DNA of 27,854 bases, taken from IMG/VR virus record IMGVR_UViG_3300032782_000004; one strand, given 5' to 3'. This document shows positions 15,979 through 26,434 of this stretch, one piece after another; position 1 is the stretch's first letter, and each line of letters starts with the position of its first letter. The translations under genes were made by a program, and so were the position numbers. The DNA comes from a virus (taxonomy: Duplodnaviria > Heunggongvirae > Uroviricota > Caudoviricetes). The notes beneath the pieces are model-generated. The model was not told the DNA's origin and ran no database searches. It was given only the letters and a program-made list of their open reading frames with translations.

Positions 15979-16650
15979 TCAATGCATCGGATGCGATCGT
16001 CTAAAAACGTTGCGGTTCCATGCGACATATCCAGCGATCGCCGTCATGCCGAGAACGGCAATCGTCGCGAGTACGGGCGCCCCTTCCGGCTTTTTGGGCG
16101 ACGAGACGAGCTCGAACGCGTAGCTGCTATCAGGCACTTCGACGACGCCATTCGCGTGGCTCAACACAGCGCGCATGTGCGCGCGCACGTCGCCGACGGT
16201 GATGGCGCCTTTGCCGTTCGAATCGAAGGTTTGATTGGCGGCGTACTCGGGCGAGCCGGCAGCGAACATGACAGTGCTATCGGGCGCGCCGATGAGGTTC
16301 GCTTGGCCGAATGACGCGAGCACGTAGTCTTCGATCTGTTGCGGGATCTTACGACCGAGTGTCGACGCAAAAAAGCGTTCGACGAGCGGGAGCTGCTGCT
16401 CGGCGGTCATGGCGCGGATCTGGGCCGTCGTCGTGCCCAGACGGTTCGCCGTCGATTCGATGAACTGGATCAAGCCACTCGCCGAACCGTTTGGATTCTT
16501 CGCCGCCGGATTGAAACCGCTCTCTTCACTGATGACCAGCGCGATGCCGTTCGGATCCCACCCGTGCCGTGCAGACAGATCGACAAGCCCGCGCAAAAAC
16601 GTCGGAGTGACGGTCTGGATCCCTGGCAGCGCTAGCAAGTACGTGGACAT
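15979..16650 (-). CDS. Lytic transglycosylase (SLT-like) with C-terminal membrane anchor
   Basis: [13 protein letters not shown]...ASGLIQF; C-terminal hydrophobic helix [19 protein letters not shown] followed by basic residues. Confidence 0.85.
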   Translation of the reverse strand: MSTYLLALPGIQTVTPTFLRGLVDLSARHGWDPNGIALVISEESGFNPAAKNPNGSASGLIQFIESTANRLGTTTAQIRAMTAEQQLPLVERFFASTLGRKIPQQIEDYVLASFGQANLIGAPDSTVMFAAGSPEYAANQTFDSNGKGAITVGDVRAHMRAVLSHANGVVEVPDSSYAFELVSSPKKPEGAPVLATIAVLGMTAIAGYVAWNRNVFRRSHPMH

Positions 16651-17409
16651 TCACAGGCCTATTTGGCGGCAGTAGTAGCGTATCAATGAGGTCGCTTGAA
16701 CCGGATCCCTGTACGTGTTGTCGACGTACCAGGCGCGGAGACTAGCGAGCGATTTCAAAACGTTATTCGTCGCGTAGATACCCCATCTTGCGGCGTCTAA
16801 AGAGACGGCCCCGCTAACGGCCAAAGCCGAGGAGATAGGCGCGCCGTTCAAGCTCCAGTACAAGCTAGTCCCATCGTATGCCGCATAAACGACAAATGGG
16901 TCAGAGCCGGGGTCGCCCAGCGGTATTAGATCTACGTTCCCGACGTCGTCACCGCGCTCGAACGTCAATGCCGTAGTGTGCGCCGCACCATAGACGATCT
17001 CTATGTGAGAGATAGGGCTTAAGTTATTGCCTATAGAAAACAGCCTCGCGTTTGCTACGGGCGCTCCGCCGACAGCCGACTGCGCAGTTATCACGAATGT
17101 AAACGGCCCTGTAAGATTAGCGCCGAAACTGTATGAGATAAATTGATCCGGTGGCGGTGTCGGTCCGGAGGCGGAATATCCTAGGCCCCTTCCGGCGAAA
17201 TTCCTGAAATATGTCTGATTGCTCGGAATGCAGGTTGTGTTTCCGACAACCGGATTCCAGTTCAATATCGGATCTCCGTCGTCGCTCCCGGACGCGAAAG
17301 TCAGGTTGCTTCTGTCGCACTGGTACACGGCCAGAGGTTGCGCGTCCTTTTGATAGAATGGCGCTTTCTCCAGCCCAACCACTTCGATGAAATCGTATTT
17401 CATCGTCAT
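16651..17409 (-). CDS. LamG-like virion protein (252 aa)
   Basis: ATGA-coupled; FTFVITAQ...RLFSIG...[13 protein letters not shown] pattern. Confidence 0.65.
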   Translation of the reverse strand: MTMKYDFIEVVGLEKAPFYQKDAQPLAVYQCDRSNLTFASGSDDGDPILNWNPVVGNTTCIPSNQTYFRNFAGRGLGYSASGPTPPPDQFISYSFGANLTGPFTFVITAQSAVGGAPVANARLFSIGNNLSPISHIEIVYGAAHTTALTFERGDDVGNVDLIPLGDPGSDPFVVYAAYDGTSLYWSLNGAPISSALAVSGAVSLDAARWGIYATNNVLKSLASLRAWYVDNTYRDPVQATSLIRYYCRQIGL

Positions 17410-18275
17410 GGCGGCGCCGCCGGTTGCGGGATTGACACTATGTAAACCATAGAGTTCAACGTGCTGTGCGCCGCGCTGGACGTCACGTAAGAGAAAACTA
17501 GGTTGTTGCCGAAAACAGTGGTTGTTATCCAGTTGCCGATTAACAATGAAGTGTTGATGTTGCTGACGGGTGCGGGCCCTTTATCCGTACCGAGCTGTGT
17601 CGGAGCGCCGCCGTTGATGCGGTAGTAGGTCAGATAGGAGATCCACTCCGCCTTGTTCCCGGGCACGTCTACCGCTTCGAAATAGGCGTAGATTCTGTAT
17701 ACGGTGTTGTCGGATAGCGGGATGGTTACGACCGGCGTGGCGGCAGCGCTGTTGGTGTTAATGTTCGTCGGACCGTATACAGGTCCAATCTCGGGGCCTG
17801 TAGCGCCTGTCACGCCGGTGGGGCCGAATGATCCCGTCGGGCCTGTTGCGCCCGAGGGCCCGGTCATACCGGTAGGCCCTTGTACCCCTGTGCTGCCCGT
17901 GGCGCCCGAAGGTCCTGTTACTGTGCTCGCCGGTCCGGTAGGGCCGACGTCTCCGGTAAACCCAGTGGGGCCGGTTGCTCCGGTGCTCCCGGTCCCGAAG
18001 GCGCCAGTCGCGCCAGTGCTACCGGCTGGACCGGTAGGCCCCGTAGAGCCAGTGTTCGCCGCGCCGCCGCCAGGGCCTGTGCTGCCGATCGCTCCGGTCG
18101 GGCCTGTAGCGCCCGTATTCGTAGCCGCCCCGGGCGGCCCCGTTGATCCGGTAGGGCCCGTCGCGCCGGTCGGCCCAGCCGATCCGGTCGTACCGGTACC
18201 GCCCCCTCCGCCAGGTAGACTGCGCTCCGCATACGTTTGAGTGGCGTATCTCCCTTTGCCGATTACGAAGGACAT
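17406..18275 (-). CDS. Collagen-like (Gly-X-Thr) fibre protein (289 aa)
   Basis: About 45 G-X-T type triplets followed by a beta-rich C-terminal domain. Confidence 0.85.
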   Translation of the reverse strand: MSFVIGKGRYATQTYAERSLPGGGGGTGTTGSAGPTGATGPTGSTGPPGAATNTGATGPTGAIGSTGPGGGAANTGSTGPTGPAGSTGATGAFGTGSTGATGPTGFTGDVGPTGPASTVTGPSGATGSTGVQGPTGMTGPSGATGPTGSFGPTGVTGATGPEIGPVYGPTNINTNSAAATPVVTIPLSDNTVYRIYAYFEAVDVPGNKAEWISYLTYYRINGGAPTQLGTDKGPAPVSNINTSLLIGNWITTTVFGNNLVFSYVTSSAAHSTLNSMVYIVSIPQPAAPP

Positions 18276-18299
18276 GTTGAGACGAACCTCGCTTCTCCG

Positions 18300-19809
18300 T
18301 CAAATTAGAGCGGGGTTGAAAACGTGAATTACGGCGTCCAGGCGGACCTGAACGCTCGAACTGCTCGGATTCTTGGTGCCGAGTACCGTCATGACAACGG
18401 TATGATCTGCGCTGTCCAACAACCCAGAATCCCAAAGATGCGCGTTGCGCGTAGTGCCCGAAGGTGTATAGGGATCCACGGTCACAGGGGCGTTACCGTC
18501 AAGAGACACAGAAAACTGTCCGACATCAGGGCTGGTCGTCCCTGTTATCATGATCCTCCAAGACTTCTCACCGGTAAATGTAATTGAATCGCCGGCAGTC
18601 GATGACGTCTCTTCATCATAGTCGTACGCCCCGTCAATTTGCGATCCGTCGTTCGTGGCGCCGGGAGTCGGCCCGGCTGTAACCCATCCGGTGCCAGAAT
18701 GCGCCACAGCGCCGCCGGCATTGGATAGGCTGCAATAGTAAGTATATGACGTCGGTATTGGGACTTTTCCTGTCTCCCAACCTACCGCGTCGAGATAGCG
18801 CGAATAACCCGTTTCTGGGGCCGTCTCTTGCGCTGACAGCATGCCGCCGCCTTCTGAGATCTCGTCCCAACTGTATATGCAAGTAAGAACGTTTCCGCTA
18901 AACGACAGTGAACTGCGGAGTGATCGGATCAGTTCAGGTTGAGTCGGCTCATCTATATAGGCGGTAACTTGTATGGGTCTTCGGTCGTTTTGGAAGCCCC
19001 ACGATACGCATGTGTACCGCCCCAATATGCCGGGCCAGTCTACTTGATCGGCCGAAAACATGGTGGAGAACGGATGCCGCGCCGAACCCGACGGTAAGTT
19101 CGGATCGGGCCCGTATACCGTTTCTCCGGCCATGCTGTAGGTACTAGCCGTGCTGTTAGAGTGCCCGGCGGAGATCGCGAACATCGCGCCTCCTGCCGCA
19201 GCGACGATGTCGTTGTAGCGCGCCAGGGACATGTTCGTAGACGTCGTCATGACACCGAAAAAGAACACGACCGGCATGCCATTGAATCGGACATATTGCG
19301 GATCCGAAAACAGCGATGTCAAATCCGCGATGATGGCCGCCCACTGCGGTGATGCTAGATCGTAGTTAGAAATGTCGGCGTTGGGCTCGAACGAGTACCC
19401 CGGAAGTAGTGTTAATGCGAACTTGATCTTGTCGTGGTATTGGCTCGCTATGTAGGCTCGAAGCGGCGCATTCTGCTTCGAGGCCTCCGATGTATATGGG
19501 GCGATAGCGGACAGCGGGGGGAAATAGTCGAAGAACCACGATATGCCGGACCGCGCGGCCATCAATATTTCCGAGTCCACAATCGATTGCGTGTCGACCG
19601 GAAATATTACGTCGTTAGACCAGCATCCGAACTTGGTACCGCCTACTATCGGATACGCAGGCCACCCCACAGGCTTTCTGTAGTTAAACTTGTACCAGAG
19701 CCCTGGTTTATCCCACGGCTCATCGTCGGGTATACCCCACCCATCCCATCTTATTAGGCCTACTATCGGGTCTATTGCTTTTCAGAGTAGGCCCCCGAGC
19801 GATTACCAC
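18300..19809 (-). CDS. GH99-like/WbsX-like glycan-active domain plus galactose-binding-like domain; apparent frameshift near the N-terminus
   Basis: The frame upstream of the called start reads PIVGLIRWDGW. Also QYVRFNGMPVVFF, IYSWDEISEGG and C-terminal GDSITFTG...VSLDG...HTVVMTVLGTKNPSS. GTG 19809 joins if one T of TTTT 19779-19782 is removed. Confidence 0.7.
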
Positions 19810-19821
19810 TTGCTCAGGGGC

Positions 19822-20817
19822 CTACTCAGCCAACCCCGGGTACATAGCTGCTGCCGCCGCCGACATGGCTGACAGCTCGGACGAAGATGGTTTGTCGGTA
19901 AACACCAACAATGCATATACATCGCAGTTCGCTTCGAATCCGGCGATCACAGCGCCAATATTGATACCGGCTCCAGGATTCACGTTACCTAAATTAGTGC
20001 CTGTCGTCGTGGTAGCGCCGACCTTCAAATAGTCGGAAGTGCTGTTAGTGAACCAAACTTCGATCTTGGTTGGCGTCCCCACGGACATGCCACCGTTATC
20101 CGGACCGAAAGTGCCGTTGTACGCGGCTAATTTGGGCGTCCCGGTGTGCGGTTGGACTTGAGTGGTCCCCACACCGGTGCCGAAAGGCCCGTGGCCTGCA
20201 ACCCATGTCTTAATGTTGCATATGCACCAGATGAACGTGTGCGTGATCCCCGGAGACGGGAGATCTAACGTCGGCTCATTCAATAGGTCATCGACGCCGT
20301 CGAAACTCAACGCGGTGTGCAGCCCTAAACCGTCGGCGACTATTGCCGGCCGTTTTGTGCTAGTAGCTTGCGCCGCATTCGTCGAGTTTTTCCCGTCAGT
20401 CCACGAGTTGCAGTGCCCTGATCCGTCGTCGCTGACCCCGAAATCGGATTGCCACGCCCGCAAACATGTAACTGACGGTGCGAGTGTATACAACACTTCA
20501 CCGATGTTCACTGCCGTCGGTAATGAATCGGTATGTTGCGCGCCGCGAACCGATCGCGCTACGAGCGTGTGATTCCCGTCAACGATTCCGGTTGGCGTCC
20601 AACTCTGCGAGTAGGGCGCCGTCGAATCGGTTGCGACTACGGTCTCACCTATTCCGGGATCCAGCACCCAATCGATACGATCGATCGTACCGGCCACTGT
20701 CGCAGATACCGTAGTGGCGACGCCATTGAAAAGCGGAGCATTCAACGGGGCCGTCAACACAGGCTTTGGCGGCCCTTGATCCGGCGATCCGCCGGTAAAG
20801 AACAGTCCGGGGCGCAT
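19822..20817 (-). CDS. Ig-like plus LamG-like virion protein
   Basis: Bacterial Ig-like DSTAPYSQSW...DGNHTLVARS followed by RPAIVADG...ALSFDGVDD. Start MRPGLFF directly after the upstream stop. Confidence 0.78.
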   Translation of the reverse strand: MRPGLFFTGGSPDQGPPKPVLTAPLNAPLFNGVATTVSATVAGTIDRIDWVLDPGIGETVVATDSTAPYSQSWTPTGIVDGNHTLVARSVRGAQHTDSLPTAVNIGEVLYTLAPSVTCLRAWQSDFGVSDDGSGHCNSWTDGKNSTNAAQATSTKRPAIVADGLGLHTALSFDGVDDLLNEPTLDLPSPGITHTFIWCICNIKTWVAGHGPFGTGVGTTQVQPHTGTPKLAAYNGTFGPDNGGMSVGTPTKIEVWFTNSTSDYLKVGATTTTGTNLGNVNPGAGINIGAVIAGFEANCDVYALLVFTDKPSSSELSAMSAAAAAMYPGLAE

Positions 20818-20818
20818 T

Positions 20819-21664
20819 TTACGCGAACCCCAAGGACGGGATGCCGAAATAGGCCGCCCCATCGTACCACAAAGAAACGATATCGATCCCTCCGGCTGTC
20901 GTCGTCAGCGTCGGCACGGTCCCGCCGACCCATTTGATGGTCGGCCACGTGGCGAGTCTGGATCCTACCCCATCTTGCGTAAGTTTGATCTGAAGCCATG
21001 ACGGGCCGACAGGGGCCGTGAACGTGAACGTGCAATTGCCGGTCAGAGTGATCTTGTGGACCACGCCCGCAGACCAATCGATAGTCGCCGCTGTCCCGGA
21101 TGAACCGTCATCGACGACCGGTATCGAAGCGTTGTTGTTCGGCCCTGTGGCGCCGGTCGCGCCGAGCGCGCCTACAGCCCCGGTAGGGCCTGTCGAGCCG
21201 ATTCCAGTCGGTCCTGCCGGTCCGGTATTCCCGCTTGGCCCAGTGGGGCCCGTCCCGATCGCTCCGGTCGGACCGGTTGGCCCGGTAGCGCCAGTGCTCG
21301 ATGCCGTCCCGGCGGGGCCGGTAAAACCGGTCGGACCTGTGACACCTGCCGGTCCGGTAACGCCTGTGCCTTGAGCTCCGGTCGCACCGGTAGCGCCTTG
21401 AGCGCCGGTTGGACCCGTGCGCCCTGTAGGCCCGGTCGCACCGGTGCTCCCAGTCGAACTGCTGCCGGTAGCACCCGCAGCCCCAGGCGATCCTGTTGGG
21501 CCGGTTGCGCCCGTATTCGTCGCGGTGCCCGCCGGCCCGGTTGCGCCGGTCGGCCCGGTAGGCCCGCTCGGGCCAGTGACGCCGGTCCCGCTACCGCCGA
21601 CAGTAGGCGGTCTCTCCGGGTAAGTTTCGGTCGCGTAGCTCCGTCGCCCAATAGTTCGTGCCAT
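20819..21664 (-). CDS. Collagen-like (Gly-X-Thr) fibre protein (281 aa)
   Basis: G-X-T triplets; C-terminal domain paralogous to that of 14300-15949. Confidence 0.88.
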   Translation of the reverse strand: MARTIGRRSYATETYPERPPTVGGSGTGVTGPSGPTGPTGATGPAGTATNTGATGPTGSPGAAGATGSSSTGSTGATGPTGRTGPTGAQGATGATGAQGTGVTGPAGVTGPTGFTGPAGTASSTGATGPTGPTGAIGTGPTGPSGNTGPAGPTGIGSTGPTGAVGALGATGATGPNNNASIPVVDDGSSGTAATIDWSAGVVHKITLTGNCTFTFTAPVGPSWLQIKLTQDGVGSRLATWPTIKWVGGTVPTLTTTAGGIDIVSLWYDGAAYFGIPSLGFA

Positions 21665-21813
21665 CGAAAAAATGACCTCTGCTTTCGACGGCCGTGAGCT
21701 ACACGGCCACCTCTCTTTTGAGATTGGCCGAACCGGTTGCGGGCGCGCCCGTGGCGGACGGGCGCGAAGCGGCGCTCGAGGCGCTTACGGCTACGGCTTG
21801 CACAGCCTCGAGT

Positions 21814-24800
21814 TTACAGAGGCACCAATCGACTGTCGACGATGCTCGGATCGAAGAAAGCGAGGTGTGCAGAGGCGTCGTTTACACCGAAGCTAGCAAC
21901 TAGCTTTTTGCCATCTCGCGCAAGACCCGCGCAAAATTCAATACCTACACGGGAAAAGTAGAACAAGTCGCTGACAGCAGTAATCCGGAAGTCTCCAGTG
22001 AGCGCGACGAAGCGATGCAAATATACGCGCTCCGGCCGCCAAGCGACTTCGTGCACGAGGCATAACCACCCGTCTCCGTGTCGGATAAGTTGAGAGCCAC
22101 CCCGGAAATCGACGAGCCGAGCGGGTGCCGTGTGTCGTGCGATCTCGACGGTCCGCTCGCCGACATCGGATGAACCACCGCCGGGCGAATAGCATCGAAT
22201 GGCGATGGTCGGATCGCACCAGTACAAGAAGGATCCCGGACGGCCGGCGATCGGCATCCAGTTCTTCTGCGTCTTGTGCCCCTCGTAGTCGCGGATCGGC
22301 ATGATCGCATCGACGTGTCTCTTCTCGTCGAGCCGGCCAATGATCATCTCGCAGCGGCCATCGACGTTGTCGGAGAGGTCGCGTACCGTCGCGGACACGA
22401 AGTACGAATCGGCGCTCGACCACAAGCGACAGTCCTCGAGCCCCTCGACGGGGAACTTGCTGCGCGGCGTGCCGGTCACGTCTTCGATCAGCGTTGATCG
22501 AATCGGCCTCCAGCTTTCGTCCATTTCGACGATGTAGTTGCGCGTTCGGATGATCCCGCTGCCGTCGATTGTCGGGTACTCACCGTCAACGACGACGTAG
22601 TTGACCGTCCGAACGAGCGCCAACCGCGCCTCCTTCTCGACGAAGATCGAGGGGTTCATCGGCGCCCAACCGTCGCCCGGTTTCCAGTCGATCTCTCGAA
22701 TCTCGGCCTCGAAGAGCGTAGCCGCCGACTTCGCGTAGAACGTAAAGTTTCGGCGCGCTTCGTTTCGGATGAAATCGTCGCGATGGAGCGTGAGCTCGGT
22801 GCACGCGCGATATCCCGCTTCGCGCCGCTCCGGGATTTTACTGTGGTACCCGGTAATGGCGAGCTCGCGCTTGGCCCCGAAGTCGTAGACGTTCAATTCC
22901 ATGAAGAGCATCTCGTCTGCCGGCTTGGTTCGAATGAACGCCTCGGCGATCAAAGCGGCCGGGTCGTTCTTCCCTTTTTCGCGGTAGTACGTGGCGAGCA
23001 AATTGAGTGCTTCTGCGCGCCAAGGACGATAGTTATACGCTTCGAAGCACGCTTCGATGAAGGCCGGCTCGTCGCCGAGATCTTTCAAGCAGATCGCGAT
23101 CCCGTAGTACGAGTACCAGATCTCCTCGTCCCACCCGCCACGTTCGATGCGCTTCTTGTACCAGTAGATCGCGCGGTGCGGTCGATCGGACTCGCGATAC
23201 GAGTTCCCTAGATAGAACATGTACCGCTCGTTGTTCGGTTCTTCTTGCAAGCCATCGAGAAGTAATCGGATGTCCCGCTCCGTCTTGTCCGACTTGCTCC
23301 CGCCATCGTTGCGGTCGTCGATGGTCAAACTGGTGATCGGTGCGTATTCGACGCCTTCGACAGAGAGGTGTTCATGGGTGACTCCGACGTAGCAAGCGGG
23401 AACGTCGCGACGCAGGAGGCGCGTGTTCGGGTTCTTGAGCGTTCCGGCGTATTGGATGATCTTATATGCCGGAGCGACGAGCGCGCTTTTGTCGAGCGTC
23501 CCTTGAAGCACCATGTCGGCGTCGATGAGCAACGCGTAATCCCAATCGGGGACAGAGCGCGCGACGCGGAGGCCCTCGTTTCGGCCGTGAGCAAAGTTTT
23601 TGAACTCGATCCGTTCGAGCTTCCCCGGTAGCGGATACTGTTCGAAAAACTTCGTGATCAGCTCGGCCGTGTTGTCGTCCGATCGGCTGTCGATCGAAAT
23701 GGCCCAAGCGTCGATGAACGGGAGCGCGGACGTCAAACAGCGTTCGATAATCTTGCTCTCGTTTCGAACATTCATCACGAGACAGACACGCGGGATCTCG
23801 GGGAGACGTTTCGGCCGCTCGATCGCTTTTTCGAAGTCGATGATGCTGTCATCGTGGTCGGCTTTGTACCAGTCGAAGCGGAAGCCGGCGCGTTCCATTC
23901 GAGCCCAGTTGTTGACCTCCCAGGTCAACGAAACGGGATCGGCATGGAGCGTAGCGTTCAATGCGACGAGATCGCGTATTCGGTTCCTATCGACGAGCAA
24001 AAATCCTCCGCAGAACCGCCAATGCACGACATCGTCTGTCAATGGCGGCGCTTCCGCCGCTGCGCCCCAACATCCTGGAGCGAGCACGCATCCCGCCGGA
24101 GGGTGTAGCGCTCGCAAGCGTTTCCGAAAAGACTCCTCGTCGCGGACGATCTTCATGATACCGAAGTCGATCCAAGCGAAATGCGTCGACACGTTATCGA
24201 GCGAGCGGGCAAGGTCAAGCAGCTCTATCTTCGAATTTTGGAGCAATAGGAAATCGCGCGTGTCCTTCTCGAGTGTGCGATGCGCCGGAAGCGTCAGTTC
24301 GCGTCCTTCGGCCCATTTGAATGGCCATAGATCTCCGAGCCGCATCGGGACGATCTGGACATTCTCGCGCCACCAAGCTCGATCCATGAGCCGTTCATCT
24401 AGAAACACCAAGATCGGAGCGCCGCATTTAGCAAGCCGTTCGAATTGTCGGAACTGCTCGTCCTCGTCGATGCGCCGGTCTTCCAATCGAAAAAATCCTG
24501 TGACGAGCGTTACTTTCGTCGGTCGCGCTACGATCCAATCATGAACGGCCTTTGGATTGCCTTGAAGAATCGTTTTCGTCATTTCCGGCGCTACAGCAGC
24601 GGTCAGCCCGACTTTTCTAGCTCGATCGAGCACATCGTCGCGTTTGAACCATGAGACGCCCGGGTACTGCCATTCTCGAAAATCGGCGCCATGTCGAGCG
24701 CTCCCCGGTGAACCGAATTCATTGCCTTCAGCGAGCCGTATCGAAGCGGCGAGCACGCCTTCTGGTGCGAGCTGTTCTCTAGCCGCGACAAAAAACTCGT

Positions 24801-25197
24801 CGAGCTGACTGTCCGAGGCGTGGCTCAAGATCGAGTGCGAAATGATGAAATCGAACTTCCAACCCAATCCGGTGCGAAAGTCCGCGCGGGGAGAAAATTG
24901 CGGTCGTTTCGCCACGACAGTCGGCGCGGCCTCGGATGCCCTCAACGTCGACTGGATGAGCCACGAGTTCGGATCGATGCCGAAGTAGTTGCCGGCATCG
25001 AGGTATTGCATGATCGGAAAGCCGGCGACCAGAGCGCCGCATCCTATTTCGAGCACGCGATGATGCGGCTTGCAGCCGAGATCTTTTAAGATCTCGAGCT
25101 GCGCTAGACCTTCTTCAGGGAGCGTGCAAACGTAGCTGACGGCATCGGCGTTCTCGGGGCTAAACGGGAGCGGCTTCACGGTCATTATCGACCCCAT
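21814..25197 (-). CDS. Multidomain glycosylation protein: SAM methyltransferase + HtrL/WlaTC-like GT + GT2 + TPR + beta-propeller glycosidase-like domain
   Basis: VLEIGCG; VTLVTGFF...HFAWIDFG; CLVMNVRNE...IDSRSDDNT...LLIDAD; TPR-like YMFYLGNSY/AIYWYKKR; MNPSI, GLEDCRL, QKNWMP, EFCAGL. Confidence 0.85.
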   Translation of the reverse strand: MGSIMTVKPLPFSPENADAVSYVCTLPEEGLAQLEILKDLGCKPHHRVLEIGCGALVAGFPIMQYLDAGNYFGIDPNSWLIQSTLRASEAAPTVVAKRPQFSPRADFRTGLGWKFDFIISHSILSHASDSQLDEFFVAAREQLAPEGVLAASIRLAEGNEFGSPGSARHGADFREWQYPGVSWFKRDDVLDRARKVGLTAAVAPEMTKTILQGNPKAVHDWIVARPTKVTLVTGFFRLEDRRIDEDEQFRQFERLAKCGAPILVFLDERLMDRAWWRENVQIVPMRLGDLWPFKWAEGRELTLPAHRTLEKDTRDFLLLQNSKIELLDLARSLDNVSTHFAWIDFGIMKIVRDEESFRKRLRALHPPAGCVLAPGCWGAAAEAPPLTDDVVHWRFCGGFLLVDRNRIRDLVALNATLHADPVSLTWEVNNWARMERAGFRFDWYKADHDDSIIDFEKAIERPKRLPEIPRVCLVMNVRNESKIIERCLTSALPFIDAWAISIDSRSDDNTAELITKFFEQYPLPGKLERIEFKNFAHGRNEGLRVARSVPDWDYALLIDADMVLQGTLDKSALVAPAYKIIQYAGTLKNPNTRLLRRDVPACYVGVTHEHLSVEGVEYAPITSLTIDDRNDGGSKSDKTERDIRLLLDGLQEEPNNERYMFYLGNSYRESDRPHRAIYWYKKRIERGGWDEEIWYSYYGIAICLKDLGDEPAFIEACFEAYNYRPWRAEALNLLATYYREKGKNDPAALIAEAFIRTKPADEMLFMELNVYDFGAKRELAITGYHSKIPERREAGYRACTELTLHRDDFIRNEARRNFTFYAKSAATLFEAEIREIDWKPGDGWAPMNPSIFVEKEARLALVRTVNYVVVDGEYPTIDGSGIIRTRNYIVEMDESWRPIRSTLIEDVTGTPRSKFPVEGLEDCRLWSSADSYFVSATVRDLSDNVDGRCEMIIGRLDEKRHVDAIMPIRDYEGHKTQKNWMPIAGRPGSFLYWCDPTIAIRCYSPGGGSSDVGERTVEIARHTAPARLVDFRGGSQLIRHGDGWLCLVHEVAWRPERVYLHRFVALTGDFRITAVSDLFYFSRVGIEFCAGLARDGKKLVASFGVNDASAHLAFFDPSIVDSRLVPL

Positions 25198-25198
25198 G

Positions 25199-26434
25199 CT
25201 ACCCTAATTCTTTTTCGAGCGACATAGTCGATTTGCGTGTCAGGATCGTTAGCCCGTTGTTGTTGCTCAGTCGATTTTCTAGGCGCCAATCCGAATGCGC
25301 GTCTAGGAACTCTACGATCGCCGGCCATAAACCGAGCCCGCTCTCGGACTCGTCCCGACTGCCGTAAGTCGTTGTATCGTGCATGAGGATGTGCTTACGT
25401 ACTTTCGACTCATGTACAAATAACTCGCATCGGAGCTGAGCGTAGTTGTGTATCGTGTCGATGAACAATAGATCTGTTTTTTCGATGCTAGCCGCTAAGG
25501 CGCTTTCGACGCAGAATCGAAAATCGATTTTCGCCGCCGCGGCGATCTCGCTTAACTCCCGCATATCCAAATGGCGGATATCGTAACTCCGCATCGACTT
25601 CGGACGCCCGCGCAGTAACCCCCATGTAGATCTGCCCGCGCCGAATTCCGTGACGTGCGCGCACTTGCTCGCGTACATCGACAGAACCGAGATATGCTCG
25701 TTAATGTCGGACGGCTCGATCTCACACTGATGATACTGCCTTTCGATTTTGCCCAGTGCAGTGCATATCTTGTTGAGCCCCGAATCCCACCGAATGCGAT
25801 CGCTTTCTGTTATCGCGTCGAACTCGTGCAAACTAGATCCGCTGACGGCCCCCTTATGCCACACCCCCATGCCGTGCACAGTCCGCTGCGCGAATCCGGC
25901 CCATCTTAGTAGCCAGTAGATCCAATCGTCGCCGCAGTGGATAAGAAGCTCGGAAGGTATAGGGAATGCGATCGACACGGCCTCCCTGGACATCGCGAAG
26001 AAGGCCCCGTGTACATAGTCTGTAGCGGTCGAGTCCGCGGACGGCTCTAGTGGCGCGTAGATCTCGTTTTCGTTGAGTAGTCTGGCGATCCAATATTCTC
26101 TTTGTTCCGCGCTATCGCAGCGCATCAGTAACGACTTCGTCCAATTCGGCGATGCGATCAGATCGGCGTTCGCTAGAACTAGTACGTCGTGTTCTGAGGC
26201 CAGAAAGATTTCCGCCAACTGATTCCATGCCGGATTCACGTAGACGTTCACGTCGTTGCGCACCACAGAGATCGAAGCGCCCATCTCGCGTAAAACCGAT
26301 TTAACATCGGCTGTCGCGCCGTTTTCGATCGCAACCACATGCGTCTCCGGGCTTAAGAAAGATCGAATTGCGCTCAACAGCAATTCACGCGGTTCAGCGA
26401 AGCAAGGCACCCCCACCATAATTCTGGCAGTCAT
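25199..26434 (-). CDS. GT2-like glycosyltransferase fused to a class I SAM methyltransferase
   Basis: MTARIMVGVPCF...IENGA...NPAWN...NAD...GDDW, then SDINEH...EFGAGRST...DLLFIDTIHNY...MHDT. ATG 26434 has an ATGA overlap with an alternative-frame stop. Confidence 0.75.
   Translation of the reverse strand: MTARIMVGVPCFAEPRELLLSAIRSFLSPETHVVAIENGATADVKSVLREMGASISVVRNDVNVYVNPAWNQLAEIFLASEHDVLVLANADLIASPNWTKSLLMRCDSAEQREYWIARLLNENEIYAPLEPSADSTATDYVHGAFFAMSREAVSIAFPIPSELLIHCGDDWIYWLLRWAGFAQRTVHGMGVWHKGAVSGSSLHEFDAITESDRIRWDSGLNKICTALGKIERQYHQCEIEPSDINEHISVLSMYASKCAHVTEFGAGRSTWGLLRGRPKSMRSYDIRHLDMRELSEIAAAAKIDFRFCVESALAASIEKTDLLFIDTIHNYAQLRCELFVHESKVRKHILMHDTTTYGSRDESESGLGLWPAIVEFLDAHSDWRLENRLSNNNGLTILTRKSTMSLEKELG

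Noticed and set aside
21681-21708. GTCGAAAGC (repeat start) and a tRNA-like GGCCGTGTAGCTCA on the - strand
   Set aside because: A 9-mer match is plausible by chance in this CGA-rich sequence, the rest of the repeat is absent, and no anticodon or T arm follows.
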